DNA from: Spirochaetota bacterium | GTDB lineage: Bacteria; Spirochaetota; Spirochaetia; Treponematales; Rectinemataceae | Reading direction: 5' to 3' | NCBI GenBank assembly: GCA_022711355.1 | Contig: JAKLFE010000007.1 | Coordinates: 17,776-81,775 of the forward strand | DNA length: 64,000 nt | In this document: positions 40,769 to 51,307 of the stretch, piece by piece | Position numbering within the stretch: position 1 is the stretch's first letter | Layout: each line of letters opens with the position of its first letter | The notes under the pieces: generated by a model | Told to the model about the DNA's origin: nothing | Databases searched by the model: none | What the model saw: the letters and a program-made list of their open reading frames with translations, nothing else | Position numbers and translations under genes: made by a program

Positions 40769-42562
40769 CTAGCCTTTCGGGGCCGCGGGGGGGACGGCGA
40801 CGACGAAGCGCTCCCCGCCGAGGGCCGAGGCCTCGCGGCGGAGCTCCCCGCCGAGCTGGGCGGCGAGGGCGCGGGCTATGCCGAGGCCGAGCCCCTCCCG
40901 CGGCGGGCCCTCCCCCGCGCCGCGCCCGTCGTCCTCCACCGAGAGCTCGAAGCCGAGCTCGGCCGAGCCCGCGGCCCGCGCGACGACGAGGCCCCTGCGG
41001 CGCCCCTCGAAGGCGTGCTCGTAGCAGTTGGCCAGGAGCTCGGTGGCGGCCAGGCAGGCGGGCAGGGCCTTGTCGGCGGGCAGCACGAGCCCGCCCCCGT
41101 CGATGCGCGTCTCCACGTCCAGGCCGGCCCGCCTCCTGCCCTGCTCCGCGTCGGCCGCGATGCCCTCGAGGCAGGAGCCCAGGTCGACCTCGACGAGCGA
41201 GGCGCCCTTGTACAGCTCGTCGTGGACGAGGGCCATGCCGTGGACCCTAGCCCTCGTCGCGGCGAGGGCCGAGGAGACCGCCGCGTCCCCGCTCTCGGAG
41301 ATCTGGAGGCTGACGAGGCTGGCGATCACCTGCAGGTTGTTCTTGACGCGGTGGTGCACCTCGCGCAGGAGCTCCTCCTTCTCGGCGAGGGAGGAGCTGA
41401 GCTCCTCGTTGCGCTCCGTTATGGTCCTCACCATGCCGGCCACCCCCTGGGCGATGGCGTCGATCTCGTCGCCGCCGCCGCCCAGGCCCTCGGCCAGGGG
41501 GCCGAAATCGCCTATCGCGATGCGCGACATCGAGGCCTCGAGCCGCTCGACGCGGCCCGCCACGTCGCGGTCCAGGAAGTGCTTGGCCAGGCGGAAGGCG
41601 GCTACGGAGGAAAGGAGGCAGGCCGCCGCCGCCGCGAGCCCGACGAGGACGCGGAAGCGCTCGATCGGGCGCAGGTCCACCGCGAGGACGGCGAAGCGCG
41701 ACTCCCGGGCTATGTCGCTCCCGGGGGATCCGTCCTCCACATGGAGGACGAGGGTCTCCGTCCGGCCCTGGACCGAGCTCGCCTTCCCGGCGGCGCGGGC
41801 GGCCGAGACCAGGGGCAGGAGGGCGGGCCGGGCCACGCCCTCGCGGGCGAAGGACCAGACCCAGCCCCCGGCGAGGCCGACGAGGTCGTCGATGCGCACC
41901 AGGGGCGGCGTGCCGGCCGAGGGCGCGGGGCCGCCCAGGACGAGGCCGAGGAAGGCGGCGTAGCCGCCGGGGTAGGAGGCGTCTATGGAGTCGCGCAGGC
42001 TCGTCGAGGCCTCGACGATGACCTCGCTGTCGGCGGGGGAGTGGTAGTGGTAGCTCGCGGCGAGGCCCGTGCGCGCCGAGTGGGAGAGCCCCTGGTGGGC
42101 CATCTTCCCGCTGCCGTAGAGGGCGCGGAGGGCGGCGGCCGACTTCTTGCCCGCGGCGAGGATGTCGAGGCCGAAATCGGGGGCGAAGGAGGTGGCGAGG
42201 ATGTGGCCGTCGGGGCCGACGAGGTAGATCTCGCTCACGCCCAGCTCCTCGGCGGCGGCCCGGAGCTCCGCGGCGCTCGCCCGGCCGATCGCCGCAACGT
42301 CGGGGTAGCGCCGGCCGAGCTCGCGGAGGGCGGCCTCCGAGGAGGCCCTGTTCAGCCGCTCCTGCCCGGCCACGATGAAGTCGTAGATCGCGAAGCGGGC
42401 CCGGGCCTCGGCGAGGCTCGACTCCCGGGCCGCGGCGTAAGCCTCGCGGAAGAGGAGCTCCCCGACGGAGATGACGACGAGGGCCGTGGCCAGGCCGCAA
42501 CCCAAGACGGCCGCCACCAGGCTCCTATAGATGCTGAAGCGCAGTACTTTCTTCTTGCCCAT
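40769..42562 (-). CDS. Sensor histidine kinase, HisKA_2/HWE-type, with periplasmic sensor domain
   Basis: N-terminal TM, about 250-aa periplasmic region, second TM. H-box EVHHRVKNNLQVIASL is typical of HisKA_2. No adjacent response regulator. Confidence 0.75.
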   Translation of the reverse strand: MGKKKVLRFSIYRSLVAAVLGCGLATALVVISVGELLFREAYAAARESSLAEARARFAIYDFIVAGQERLNRASSEAALRELGRRYPDVAAIGRASAAELRAAAEELGVSEIYLVGPDGHILATSFAPDFGLDILAAGKKSAAALRALYGSGKMAHQGLSHSARTGLAASYHYHSPADSEVIVEASTSLRDSIDASYPGGYAAFLGLVLGGPAPSAGTPPLVRIDDLVGLAGGWVWSFAREGVARPALLPLVSAARAAGKASSVQGRTETLVLHVEDGSPGSDIARESRFAVLAVDLRPIERFRVLVGLAAAAACLLSSVAAFRLAKHFLDRDVAGRVERLEASMSRIAIGDFGPLAEGLGGGGDEIDAIAQGVAGMVRTITERNEELSSSLAEKEELLREVHHRVKNNLQVIASLVSLQISESGDAAVSSALAATRARVHGMALVHDELYKGASLVEVDLGSCLEGIAADAEQGRRRAGLDVETRIDGGGLVLPADKALPACLAATELLANCYEHAFEGRRRGLVVARAAGSAELGFELSVEDDGRGAGEGPPREGLGLGIARALAAQLGGELRREASALGGERFVVAVPPAAPKG

Positions 42563-42632
42563 ACGAGACCGGGAGCCAGCCTAGCCCTCCCGCGGGGAAA
42601 TAGCAAGCCGCGGCGCCGCGCCGGCGGCGGAC

Positions 42633-43436
42633 CTAGGCCCGGCCAGCTATTAAGGCTATGCCCTCGAGCGCGAGGTCGGGCACGAAGCGCCCGAGCCGGG
42701 TCCGCGAGAGCATGGCCTCGCCTATGGCCTCGCCGGTCCCGATCACGGGGATCGCCTCCGCGGGCGCGCCGGCGGAGGCTATCTCCTCGCGCATGAGCTG
42801 GACCAGCCGCGCCACGAGGCCTTCGTAGCCGAGGACCACCCCCGCCTGCACCGACTGGGAGGTGTTCTTCCCGATCGCGCGCCTGGGGATCTCGAGCCTG
42901 ACCTCGGGAAGCTGGGCCGCGGCCGCGCGCAGAGCGTGGGCCGCCGACTCGAGGCCCGGCGCGATCGCCGCGCCGAGGAAGTCGCCCGAGGCGTCGATCG
43001 CCGAGACCGTGAGCACCGCGCCGAAGTCCACGACGACGCAGGCCCCGCCGGCCAGCTCCCGCGCGGCCGCGGCCGCGCAGACCAGGTCGCTCCCGACCTC
43101 GGAGGGGTTGTCGGTCCTGATCCGCACGCCGCTCTTGACGCCGGGCCCGACGATGGAGGCCTTTACGCCGAAGGCGGTCTCGGCGGCCGCGGCGAGCTTC
43201 TGGGTCAGGGCGGGCACCACGCTCGAGATCCAGGCCTCGCCCACGAGGCCGCCTTCCGCCGCGAAGACGCCCGGGGCCGAGCCCGAGGCCTCGGCCGCGG
43301 CGAGGCAGAGGAGGTGGGCGTACTCGTCGGGGCTCCGGTCGTGGTAGGCGCCGAAGGCCCGCAGGGCCTTCCAGCCCCCCGCGTCGCGGAAGCCCACCCG
43401 CACCGCCCGATTCCGGGCGTCTATCGCGAGGAGCAT
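42633..43436 (-). CDS. coaX: Type III pantothenate kinase
   Basis: MLLAIDARNRAVRVGF… is the canonical CoaX N-terminus (ASKHA fold). The start is trimmed from the longer ORF. Confidence 0.85.
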   Translation of the reverse strand: MLLAIDARNRAVRVGFRDAGGWKALRAFGAYHDRSPDEYAHLLCLAAAEASGSAPGVFAAEGGLVGEAWISSVVPALTQKLAAAAETAFGVKASIVGPGVKSGVRIRTDNPSEVGSDLVCAAAAARELAGGACVVVDFGAVLTVSAIDASGDFLGAAIAPGLESAAHALRAAAAQLPEVRLEIPRRAIGKNTSQSVQAGVVLGYEGLVARLVQLMREEIASAGAPAEAIPVIGTGEAIGEAMLSRTRLGRFVPDLALEGIALIAGRA

Positions 43437-43437
43437 C

Positions 43438-44016
43438 TCACTCGCCTTCCTCGTCGGCGAGGCGCGAGCGCCCCCGCGCGCCTGCGACGCCCTTCCAGGC
43501 CGAGACCACGGCCGCGGTGAGGACCGCGGCGGCGGCCGCCTCGACGGGGCCGTTCGCGACGAAGACACCGGCCGCCGCGGCCGGGGGAAGGGCGCCGAGG
43601 AGGCAGAGGGCGCCGAGCACGAGGAAGGAGTGGGCCAGGGAGCCGACAGCCCCCGCGACCGCCGCCGCGGCCGCGGCGGCCTTGCCCCTGAAGGCGCGGA
43701 AGGCGAGCCAGGCGACCAGGGGGAAGGCCAGCCTCGGCAGGACCGAGACCAGGGGGTTCACGAAGAAGGGATCGACCGGCCCGTTGGGCGCCACCGACGC
43801 CCGCACGAGGGCGGCGACCCCGAAGATGCCCCCCGTCACCGCGCCGACCCAGGGCCCGCCCAGGACGGCGCCGACGATGGCGGGCACGTGCATGGTCGTG
43901 AGCGAGGCGCCCGCGAACCAGGGGATCATCCCCAGCGGCGTGAGGATGAGGACGATCGAGACGGCGCCGAGGGCGCCGGCCATCACCACCTTGCCGACGG
44001 AAGTAGGAACGCTCAT
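43438..44016 (-). CDS. ECF-transporter substrate-specific (S) component, likely for pantothenate (PanT-like) given the coaX linkage
   Basis: About 190 aa, 5-6 TM helices, located between ecfT and coaX. The 3' end is 1 nt before the coaX start. Confidence 0.55.
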   Translation of the reverse strand: MSVPTSVGKVVMAGALGAVSIVLILTPLGMIPWFAGASLTTMHVPAIVGAVLGGPWVGAVTGGIFGVAALVRASVAPNGPVDPFFVNPLVSVLPRLAFPLVAWLAFRAFRGKAAAAAAAVAGAVGSLAHSFLVLGALCLLGALPPAAAAGVFVANGPVEAAAAAVLTAAVVSAWKGVAGARGRSRLADEEGE

Positions 44017-44047
44017 CGTAGACCTCCCGCGCGCCGGGCGCGCATCG

Positions 44048-44881
44048 TCAAATCCTAAGCAGGGATCCCGCGGCGAAGGCCGCGGCGCAGGAAAGGAGGA
44101 GGGCGGCCCTGACGGCCGCCTCCCCGCGCGGGCGGGGGTAGCGCGCATACCGCGTGCGCCCCTCGCCGGTGTAGCAGCGGGCCTCCATGGCCTCGGCCAG
44201 GGCCTCGGCCCGCTCGAGGGCCCGTATCGTCACGGGGGCGAAGAGGGGGAGGTAGGCCCGCGCCTTCGCGATCGGCCCTCCCCTCCCCGTCCCGAAATCG
44301 CCCCCGCGCGAGGCCTGGGCCTTGACGACGGCCTCGAGCTCGCCGGCGACGAGGGGCACGAAGCGGAAGGCCGTGGTCGCGGCTAGGGCGAGGCGGTGGG
44401 CCGGGAAGCCGAGCCTGGCCGCCGGGGCAAGGACGTCCTCGAGGCCGTGGGCCATCTCGACCTCGGTGGAGACGGAGGTGAAGAGCCCGATCGCCGCGAC
44501 GAGGGCGAAGCAGCGCCCCATCGCGACGAGGACCAGCCTGAGCTCGAAGGCGGTCAGGGCGACGGGGCCGAGGGAAAGCAGGCGGGGGCTCCCGTCCCCG
44601 GGCCAGCCGAAGAGGAACTGCAGGATGGCCGTGAGGGCGAAGAAGGGCAGGGCGGGGACGAGGCCCCGGAGGAGGAAGCCCGGCCTGAGGCCCGCGGCCT
44701 TCCCGAGGGCGAGGGCGAGGGCCAGGGCGAGGGCCAGGCCGGCCGGGCCGGCGGCGAGGGCGGGGGCGGCCAGGCAGGCGAGGCCCAGGTACTTCGTCGC
44801 GGGCCGCTGCCGGTGGACGGGGGAGTCGCCGGCGAGGTACTGCCCGATGGAGAGGTTGCGGGAGAACTCCAGGCTCCTCAT
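44048..44881 (-). CDS. ecfT: Energy-coupling factor transporter transmembrane (T) component (CbiQ family)
   Basis: 277-aa polytopic protein. The ATG at 44881 overlaps the ecfA stop (ATGA). An Arg-rich coupling-helix region (…AQASRGGDF…) is present. Confidence 0.75.
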   Translation of the reverse strand: MRSLEFSRNLSIGQYLAGDSPVHRQRPATKYLGLACLAAPALAAGPAGLALALALALALGKAAGLRPGFLLRGLVPALPFFALTAILQFLFGWPGDGSPRLLSLGPVALTAFELRLVLVAMGRCFALVAAIGLFTSVSTEVEMAHGLEDVLAPAARLGFPAHRLALAATTAFRFVPLVAGELEAVVKAQASRGGDFGTGRGGPIAKARAYLPLFAPVTIRALERAEALAEAMEARCYTGEGRTRYARYPRPRGEAAVRAALLLSCAAAFAAGSLLRI

Positions 44882-46587
44882 GCCCTCCCTCCCCCGGCCC
44901 GGAGGGCCGCCGCGACCTCGGCCGCGTTCAGGGGCCTGGCCTCGAGGACCCTGCCGCCCAGGGCCAGGGCCAGCTCGCAGGCGTAGGGCCTGGCCAGGCC
45001 CCAGGCCTCGTCGTAGGCCTCGTAGAAGAGCTCGCGGGGCGGGGCGCAGGCGGCGACGCGGCCGGCCGCCAGCACGGCGACGAGGTCGGCCGAGGCGGCC
45101 TCCTCCATAGAGTGGGTAGCGAAGGCCAGGGTCCTGCCCGAGCTCCGCTGGGTCTCGACGAGAGCGAGGACTGCCTCGCGCGCCGCGGGGTCGAGGGAGG
45201 AGGTCGGCTCGTCGAGGAGGAGGGCCTCGGGCTCGAGGGCGAGGACCCCGGCCAGGGCGAGCCTCCGGGCCTCGCCTCCCGAGAGGGAGCGGGACGGGCG
45301 GTCGCGGAATTCCTCGTAGGGGAGCCCCACCGAGTCCATCGCCGCCCGGACCCGCGCGGCGAGCTCCTTGCCCGCGAGGCCGAGGTTGCGCGGGCCGTAG
45401 GCCACGTCGTCGCCGGCGTAGAACTCGAAGAGGGCCGACTCGGGCCTTTGGATGGAGAGCGGGGCCCGGGTCCTGAGGGCGCGCAGGTCGGCCTCCCGCG
45501 AGAGGGTGTCGACGCCCAGGGAGAGGACGCGCCCTGCCGAGGGGAAGGCCAGGGCGTCGAGGAGCTGGAGGAGGCTGGACTTCCCGGAGCCGGTCCGGCC
45601 GACCAGGGCGACCGAGGCGCCCCTGGGCAGGGAGAGGGTGGCCCCGTCGAGGGCCGGGCGCCCGTCCGCGCCGCCGGCGAGGTAGGAGAAGGAGGCCTCC
45701 TCGACGCGGAAGGCCGGCTCCGGGCCGAGGCGCCTCGGGGCCGCGCCGGCCGCCGGAGCGGCGGAGGATGACGCGTTGCGCGACTTCATCGACCGGCGGA
45801 TCCTCCCGGCGAGGCTCGCGGCCCCCTCGCCCGGCTCGGGCTCGAGGCCGCAGGCCCGGGCTATGGCCGCCGAGGGGGGCAGGGAGAGCCCGAGGCCGGG
45901 CGCGGCGCGGAGGAGCTCCGCGGGGCTCCCGTCGAAGGCCAGGCGGCCGCGGTCCAGCGCGAGGACCCGGTCGGCCCGCGCCGCCTCCTCCAGGTCGTGG
46001 GTCACGTGGAGGAGGCCGACGCCCCGCGCGGAGAGCCCGTCCATCGCCGCGAGGATCGAGGCGCGGCCGGCTGGATCGAGCATGGCGGTGGCCTCGTCGA
46101 AGCCGATGAAGCGCCCCTCCATCGCGAGGGCCCCCGCTATGGCGAGGCGCTGCTGCTGGCCGGGGGAGAGGAAGCGCGGGGACCTGCGCCGCTCGGCCTC
46201 GAGGCCCACGGCGGCGAGGGCCGCGTCGACCCGGCGGCCGATCTCGGCGCGGGGCAGGCCGAGGTTCTCCGGCCCGAAGGCCACGTCCTCCTCCGCGACG
46301 GTCGACACGATCTGGTCCGCCGGGGACTGGAACACCAGGCCGAGGACCGAGCGCAGGGCCCGCGCGTTGGCCGCCGCCGAGGCGTCGAGGCCGGCGACGC
46401 GGACCGATCCGGAGGAGGGCCGGCGCAGGCCGGCCATGAGCCGCAGGAGGCTGCTCTTCCCCGAGCCGTTGGGGCCGACGAGGGCCACGTACTCGCCCTC
46501 GCCGATCGCTAGGGAGACCCGGTCCAGGGCGGGACGGTCCTGGCCCTCGTAGGAGAAGGAGGCCGATTCGAGCTCTATCAGGGGCAT
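44878..46587 (-). CDS. ecfA: Fused tandem ABC ATPase of an ECF transporter (EcfA1-EcfA2 fusion)
   Basis: Two complete ABC modules (GPNGSGKSS…LSPGQQQRLAIAGALA… and GRTGSGKSS…LSGGEARRLALAGVLA…). Start is taken at MPLIELESASFSY. Confidence 0.8.
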   Translation of the reverse strand: MPLIELESASFSYEGQDRPALDRVSLAIGEGEYVALVGPNGSGKSSLLRLMAGLRRPSSGSVRVAGLDASAAANARALRSVLGLVFQSPADQIVSTVAEEDVAFGPENLGLPRAEIGRRVDAALAAVGLEAERRRSPRFLSPGQQQRLAIAGALAMEGRFIGFDEATAMLDPAGRASILAAMDGLSARGVGLLHVTHDLEEAARADRVLALDRGRLAFDGSPAELLRAAPGLGLSLPPSAAIARACGLEPEPGEGAASLAGRIRRSMKSRNASSSAAPAAGAAPRRLGPEPAFRVEEASFSYLAGGADGRPALDGATLSLPRGASVALVGRTGSGKSSLLQLLDALAFPSAGRVLSLGVDTLSREADLRALRTRAPLSIQRPESALFEFYAGDDVAYGPRNLGLAGKELAARVRAAMDSVGLPYEEFRDRPSRSLSGGEARRLALAGVLALEPEALLLDEPTSSLDPAAREAVLALVETQRSSGRTLAFATHSMEEAASADLVAVLAAGRVAACAPPRELFYEAYDEAWGLARPYACELALALGGRVLEARPLNAAEVAAALRAGGGRA

Positions 46588-46776
46588 GCATGGTCCCGGC
46601 GAGCGGGAGCGAAGGATGGGATGCGCATCGTCACCTCGCGTCTCGGCGGCATCGAGGCCGTCCAAGCGCTACGCCGAATGTAGTGAGGGCGGCGGGGGAT
46701 GTCAAGCCGAGGGCTCAGGCGGCGGCCCCGCGAGCCGCGCCGGCGCGCGCGGAAGCCCCGTCCGAGGGGCGGAAGC

Positions 46777-46805
46777 TTGCGCCTCCCGGTCCTCCCGCAT
46801 ATAAT
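46777..46805 (+). promoter_or_regulatory. Candidate sigma-70 promoter (TTGCGC-17-TATAAT) for the PrpR-like activator gene
   Basis: Read directly, 26 nt upstream of the GTG start at 46831. Confidence 0.35.
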
Positions 46806-46830
46806 CCTGTCTCCCACGGGAGGAGCGAGC

Positions 46831-48894
<2,064 letters not shown>

Positions 48895-49097
48895 GCCAGA
48901 AGGCCCCTGAAGCGCTCTCGCCATCGCACGAAATGATCAGCTATTTCTTTATATAGATACTAAAAACCAGATTCCATGGTATAGGTTTCTCAACCAATAA
49001 TCCCATTGTGCACTATAATCATCCCATATATCCCAATACGCCCTCGCATCGCATCGCGCTGCCTAGAAAAGTGCTGCAGAAAGCGGCAAGGGCTGGC

Positions 49098-49113
49098 TGG
49101 CATGATTTCTGCA
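49098..49113 (+). promoter_or_regulatory. Sigma-54 (-24/-12) promoter for the iorAB-acd-aminotransferase operon
   Basis: TGGCATG-attt-CTGCA has two mismatches to TGGCACG-N4-TTGCA. It lies about 30 nt upstream of the RBS GGAGGAGG and the ATG at 49143, within an AT-rich 250-bp intergenic region downstream of the sigma-54 activator. Confidence 0.6.
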
Positions 49114-49142
49114 ATAGAAGATCGGTCCTAGGAGGAGGTAGT

Positions 49143-50738
49143 ATGCCCTTCGAGAATTTGATGGGAGACGAGGCCATTGCCCTCGGAGCCCTGCACGCCG
49201 GCCTGTCGGCCGCCTTCGCCTATCCGGGAACGCCCTCGACCGAGATCATGGAGTACTACCTCGACCATGCCGAGGGAGGGGGGAGCGGGCCCGTCGTCGC
49301 CCAATGGTGCTCGAACGAGAAGACCGCCTACGAGGCCGCCCTCGGCGCCTCCTTCGCGGGGCGCCGGAGCTCGGTCTCGATGAAGCACGTCGGCCTCAAC
49401 GTGGCCGCCGACCCCTTCGTCAACTCCGCCCTGCTGAAGATCAAGGGCGGCCTCCTCGTCGTCGTGGCCGACGACCCGGGCATGCACTCCTCCCAGGACG
49501 AGCAGGACTCCCGGGTCTTCGCCGACTTCGCCCGCATCCCCTGCCTCGAGCCGGCGGACCAGCAGGAGGCCTACGACATGGCCCGCGAGGCCTTCGAGCT
49601 CTCGGAGCGCATCATGGCGCCGGTCCTCCTCCGCGTCACGACCCGCCTGGCCCACAGCCGGGCGGCCGTCGAGACCCGGGCGCCCCGCGCCCAGAACCCG
49701 GTAGCCAAGGTCGAGGACCGCTGGGGCTGGACCCTGATGCCCCAGGCCGCGCGGGAGCGGTGGAAGCGCGCCCTCGTCGGCTACGAGGCGGTGCGCTCCG
49801 AGATCGAGGCGGCCGCCCGCGTCGAGCCGGGGGACTGCGACCTCGGCGTGGTCACGACGGGCCTCGGCCTCGAGTACTACCGGGAGAACGAGGCCGAGCT
49901 CGGCCGCAGGCCCTGGCGGCTCCACGTCGGCCGCTACCCCATGCCCTACGCCGCGTTGCGCGAACTGGCATCGAAGGTCAGCCGCGTCCTCGTCATCGAG
50001 GAGGGCTATCCCTTCGTCGAGCGGGAGCTCCGGGGCGTCCTGCCTTCCGCCGTGGCCATCGAGGGCAAGGAGACGGGCCAGATCCCCCTGGACGGGGAGC
50101 TCTCGCCCGACAACGTCCGCCCCGCCCTGGGCCTCCCCCCGCGCCCGGGCCTCTCGCGGGCGGCGGGCGCGCCGGAGCTGCCCAGGCGCCCCCCCCAGCT
50201 CTGCCCCGGCTGCCCCCACGCGGACAGCTACGCCTTCCTGAAGGAGGCCCTCGCGGGCTACCCGAGCCGCGTGGTCACCGGCGACATCGGCTGCTACACC
50301 CTCGGGGCCCTGCCCCCCTTCGAGGCCATCGAGACCTGCGTCGACATGGGCGCCTCGATCGGCATGGCCCGAGGCGCGGCCGAGGCCGGCCTCGTCCCCG
50401 CGGTCGCCGTCATCGGCGACTCGACCTTCTACCACTCGGGCCTCCCGAACCTCGTCGACGCGGTATCGCACAACTCGAACCTGACGGTCCTCATCCTCGA
50501 CAACTCGACGACCGGCATGACGGGGGCCCAGCCGACCATCCTGCCCTCGGAGCGGCTCAAAGCCGTCGCCCTCGCCGTCGGCGTCGGGCCCGAGCACGTC
50601 CACCTCCTCTCCGCCCACAAGGGCGACCACGGGCGGAACGTCGAGATCATGAGGCGGGAGCTCGCCTACGAGGGGCCCTCGGTCCTCATCTCGGAGCGCG
50701 GCTGCCTCGAGGCCATCAAGAAAGCGAGGAAGGCATGA
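49143..50738 (+). CDS. iorA: Indolepyruvate:ferredoxin oxidoreductase alpha subunit (TPP-dependent 2-oxoacid:Fd oxidoreductase)
   Basis: MPFENLMGDEAIALGALHAGL…; the C-terminal TPP-binding domain carries CPGCPH and GDIGCYTLG motifs. Start is chosen at the ATG after the RBS, although the ORF extends upstream to 49008. Confidence 0.8.
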   Translation: MPFENLMGDEAIALGALHAGLSAAFAYPGTPSTEIMEYYLDHAEGGGSGPVVAQWCSNEKTAYEAALGASFAGRRSSVSMKHVGLNVAADPFVNSALLKIKGGLLVVVADDPGMHSSQDEQDSRVFADFARIPCLEPADQQEAYDMAREAFELSERIMAPVLLRVTTRLAHSRAAVETRAPRAQNPVAKVEDRWGWTLMPQAARERWKRALVGYEAVRSEIEAAARVEPGDCDLGVVTTGLGLEYYRENEAELGRRPWRLHVGRYPMPYAALRELASKVSRVLVIEEGYPFVERELRGVLPSAVAIEGKETGQIPLDGELSPDNVRPALGLPPRPGLSRAAGAPELPRRPPQLCPGCPHADSYAFLKEALAGYPSRVVTGDIGCYTLGALPPFEAIETCVDMGASIGMARGAAEAGLVPAVAVIGDSTFYHSGLPNLVDAVSHNSNLTVLILDNSTTGMTGAQPTILPSERLKAVALAVGVGPEHVHLLSAHKGDHGRNVEIMRRELAYEGPSVLISERGCLEAIKKARKA

Positions 50739-51307
50739 AGTACGACATCGTGCTCTGCGGCGTGGGAGGCCAAGGGGGCATCTCCGTCTCGGTGCTCATC
50801 GCCCGGGCGGCCATGGACGCGGGGCTCGCGGCGAAGCAGTCCGAGGTCCACGGCATGGCCCAGCGCGGGGGCGAGGTCCTCGCCCACCTCCGCCTCGCCG
50901 ACGGACCCATCGCGAGCCCCACGATCCCCCGGGGGAGCGCGAGCCTCCTTCTGGCCTTCGAGCCCCTCGAGGCCCTCCGCTACCTGGGCTGGCTCTCTCC
51001 GAGCGCGCGCATCGTCTCCGCCTCGAGCCCGGTGCGCAACATCCCGAGCTACCCGGAGATCGAGGGCGTCCTCGCCGAGCTCCGCTCCGTCCCGGGCAGC
51101 CTCGCCCTCGACGCCGAGGCCCTGGCCAGGGAGGCGGGCAACCCGAAGGCCGCCAACATGGTCCTCCTGGGCGCCGCCGCCGCCTACCTCCCCTTCCCGC
51201 CCGAGCTCCTCGCGCGGGCTATCGAGCTCGGCTTCGCCCGCAAGGGCGAGGCCGTCGTCGCCGCCAACCTGAGGGCCTTCGAGCATGGACGCGCAGCGAA
51301 TAGCTAG
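50735..51307 (+). CDS. iorB: Indolepyruvate:ferredoxin oxidoreductase beta subunit
   Basis: MKYDIVLCGVGGQGGISVS… is the POR-gamma-like IorB signature. ATG overlaps the iorA stop (ATGA). Confidence 0.8.
   Translation: MKYDIVLCGVGGQGGISVSVLIARAAMDAGLAAKQSEVHGMAQRGGEVLAHLRLADGPIASPTIPRGSASLLLAFEPLEALRYLGWLSPSARIVSASSPVRNIPSYPEIEGVLAELRSVPGSLALDAEALAREAGNPKAANMVLLGAAAAYLPFPPELLARAIELGFARKGEAVVAANLRAFEHGRAANS

Noticed and set aside
44048-46591. 847-aa minus-strand ORF
   Set aside because: It is not one gene. Its 3' portion, in this frame, is the genuine ecfT (44048-44881). Upstream it is an out-of-frame read-through of the ecfA region, whose ABC motifs lie in the 44878-46587 frame.
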